DNA of 64,000 nt. Origin: Chiloscyllium plagiosum. Its lineage: Eukaryota. The DNA lies in assembly GCF_004010195.1 (NCBI RefSeq), contig NC_057753.1, positions 5,698,367-5,762,366 of the forward strand, read 5' to 3'. The translations under genes were made by a program, and so were the position numbers. The notes under the pieces were generated by a model. It did no database searches, was not told the origin of the DNA, and saw only the letters and a list, made by a program, of their open reading frames with translations. This document shows, in pieces, positions 61,701 through 64,000 of this stretch (positions within the stretch are counted from its first letter, which is position 1; each line of letters begins with the position of its first letter).

Positions 61701-63780
61701 GAATATCGGCATTCAGAAAACCAACAAAATACTGAGATTTTCTCCTAATAACTTGACATTATTGGGGTCAATCTGGACCATTGGACATGACAGATGTTGC
61801 AGTCTAATTCTGATATATCCACTTCCACGATGTAATGCTTGCTTGGTGGGGCACTGCGTGGTACAAATAAATGATCAACTTCATTCTGTTATGAATATTT
61901 GAAACAGAGACCATGCAAGATGTATTTCCAGCTTGAAAACATATTTAATGCAGTGAAACGGTAAAAAGATATGAACAATGTGAAATAATGTCCAATTCTA
62001 AGACGAGAAGATAATCTCAGTTCAGCAGTAGGAATTTCAGAATCTTCAGTGATAGTGCATGTGGAAGAGGACAGATGGGTTGAAACAGTGACAATTAGAG
62101 ACTGAGGAGAGAAATATTGTGCTGTGAGGTCCAGCCAAACACGAACCAGACATTGTAAGCAACTGGCCACAATACATATACATATCTGTTCATCTTTCAA
62201 TGCTTAATGATGCACCTGCAACAAATTTTTCCGGAAACTGATTGAGATAGCTCGACATACAATGAAAGATGACATTTAACCTATTCACCTCCATTATGAA
62301 CGGACATTACGTGGGCAACAAGGAAATGGAATGAGACCCAAATATGGAACTTCTGGTCAACGAGCAAAACTGCTACTGACAATGGTTCAAGACCCATCAG
62401 ATGGAGAGAATTTTCTTGTTTCAAACAAATGGTTCAGTGACAAATTTGACATTTTCTGTGGCACCGTTGAAATCAATGCTGTAATAGATCTACATTCACA
62501 CCGTGATATCATTGCAAAGATTCACACATAGTTGACTTGCCAACATTAAGGGTTTTTCAATGTGCATTGGATAAACGCATGGATGAAAATGTTAGCTAAG
62601 AAGGCCTTCAGACTGATTCCACAGGTTCAACATCGGAGACCGAACAGCCTGTACCAAGTTGTATTGTTCAATGTTCTGTGTGACAATGGATATAACACCA
62701 TGGATCCACATCAGTATGTTCATTACGGTACAGTCATTCGCGACAAGGACTGTGTGAAACATACAATAGCCCTTCATTTACACAGAAATAATCATTTGGT
62801 AGGCACTTTTAGGTGCAACACTGACACCATTTGCAACACAGCTTTAATCGTGTCTGAGAATGTATCTCCAGGAATATTGCCAATGCCACAATGGAACTAG
62901 GCTTACATCAAAATAGTTTAGCTTAATTCGGCAAGGGGAGGGGGCACAGACTGTTAGCAGAGGCACTGCATTGTGCAGTAAACAATCATGTCAATGAGAG
63001 TGCAGCGATGTCAATTTGTAAGGTGCTGAAGGATGGCCTTCACTTTAATTCTGGGTGTGTCCCAGATAAACGGATGACCGAAGGCCATGAAAGTATGAGA
63101 TAATAACCATACAAAAGATGTGTTTGAGCAGGAATCGTGTTGGTAACTTAACATTCCAGGATATTAAATGTCCAGGCGAGAGCTAATGGGGGAAAAGAGG
63201 AGGAGTTATTGCATTGTTATTTAAGGAGTCAATTAGTGCAATAATGAGAGATGATATCTTGGAAGGTAATTTGTTGCTTTCTCGATACAGCATAGGAATA
63301 AACAAAAAGGTCAACTACATTGTGAGATGCTTATTATAGACTTCCAGAGTGCCAGCAGGAAACTGAGGAGCAAAGTTTTACCCAATTCATGGAGGTGTGT
63401 AAAGACAAAATCAAAATGGGCAGTGATTTCAACTTGTCCATCATTAACTGTTATAGACACAGTGTTAAGGAATTCGATGGAGTGGATATCTTAAAATATG
63501 TTGACAAGCCATTTCAGGACAATGTCCACAGACTACAACAAGGTACAAAGTTGTTCTGGGCCTAATTCTGGGGAATGAAGCCGGATAGGTAATGCAGGTG
63601 GTGATGGGGGAAGGCTGGTTGGGAGCATTTTCGTGACAGCGATCAAAACATGGTATAAATTCAGCTTCTTATGAACAAAGAGAAATAGACAAGTTACAAA
63701 AAGGAAGGTTTGGTTTGGGAGAGAGCAGCGCTTAGTTTAATAAGGCAGGGTATGGCCAAGGAAGCTGGCAGAGAAGAGCA
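58722..63780. repeat. Segmental (tandem) duplicate of ~36215-36800 and ~39000-43400
   Basis: Colinear similarity through 3' flank, exon 2 and intron, including shared old SINE/CR1 remnants. Confidence 0.9.
60044..60954 (-). pseudogene. GPR139/GPR142-like GPCR, copy 2, exon 2 with premature stop (exon 1 expected beyond the window)
   Basis: Acceptor ttccAG|GTAATCTG at 60956-55; TGA at 60925-60923 where copy 1 has CGA; remainder open (279-aa ORF 60883-60044). Confidence 0.85.
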
Positions 63781-64000
63781 GTGTGGCCAGTTCTTAAAGG
63801 AAATTGGGAGATAGAAGCCATGTTTTTTCTAGTATGATAGGAAGACTGACAAATCTGGAGACATGCAGATGACCAAGGATATGCAGGGTACAAAATGAAG
63901 GAAAAGAGAGGCTTTTAACAGGTACATGGGACCAAATCAATGAAGGCAATAGTGGAGTGTGGAGTGTGCAGAATGGAGCTTGAGAAAGCAATTAGGTAAA

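Overview
Repeat-saturated vertebrate DNA, almost certainly from a cartilaginous fish (HE1-type tRNA-derived SINEs with (TAATC)n tails, shark-type CR1 LINEs). A carpet/bamboo shark is my guess and is not verified. Host content: (i) one apparently intact two-exon GPR139/GPR142-like class A GPCR on the minus strand (exon 1 44900-44831, exon 2 40596-39692, 324 aa), whose real first exon is absent from the ORF track; (ii) a tandem paralog ~20.3 kb away (exon 2 60954-60044) carrying a CGA>TGA nonsense codon; (iii) two decayed C2H2 zinc-finger remnants (2.1-3.5 kb, 12.5-12.9 kb). Mobile DNA: a full-length decayed Gmr1-type Gypsy element with integrase before RT (22862-29658) whose tRNA-Pro PBS is split by a copy of sequence from 6.6 kb upstream; several solo LTRs; a 7.9-kb class I (gamma-like) endogenous retrovirus with perfect tRNA-Pro PBS, MLV-like gag-pol read-through signal and gamma-type env (47210-55146); Penelope-like elements and short TSD-flanked derivatives carrying about ten minimal hammerhead-ribozyme motifs; a Tigger-like MITE; Rex1/Babar and many CR1 fragments. 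All calls are by eye. Repeat boundaries are approximate unless a TSD, splice site or terminal motif is quoted.
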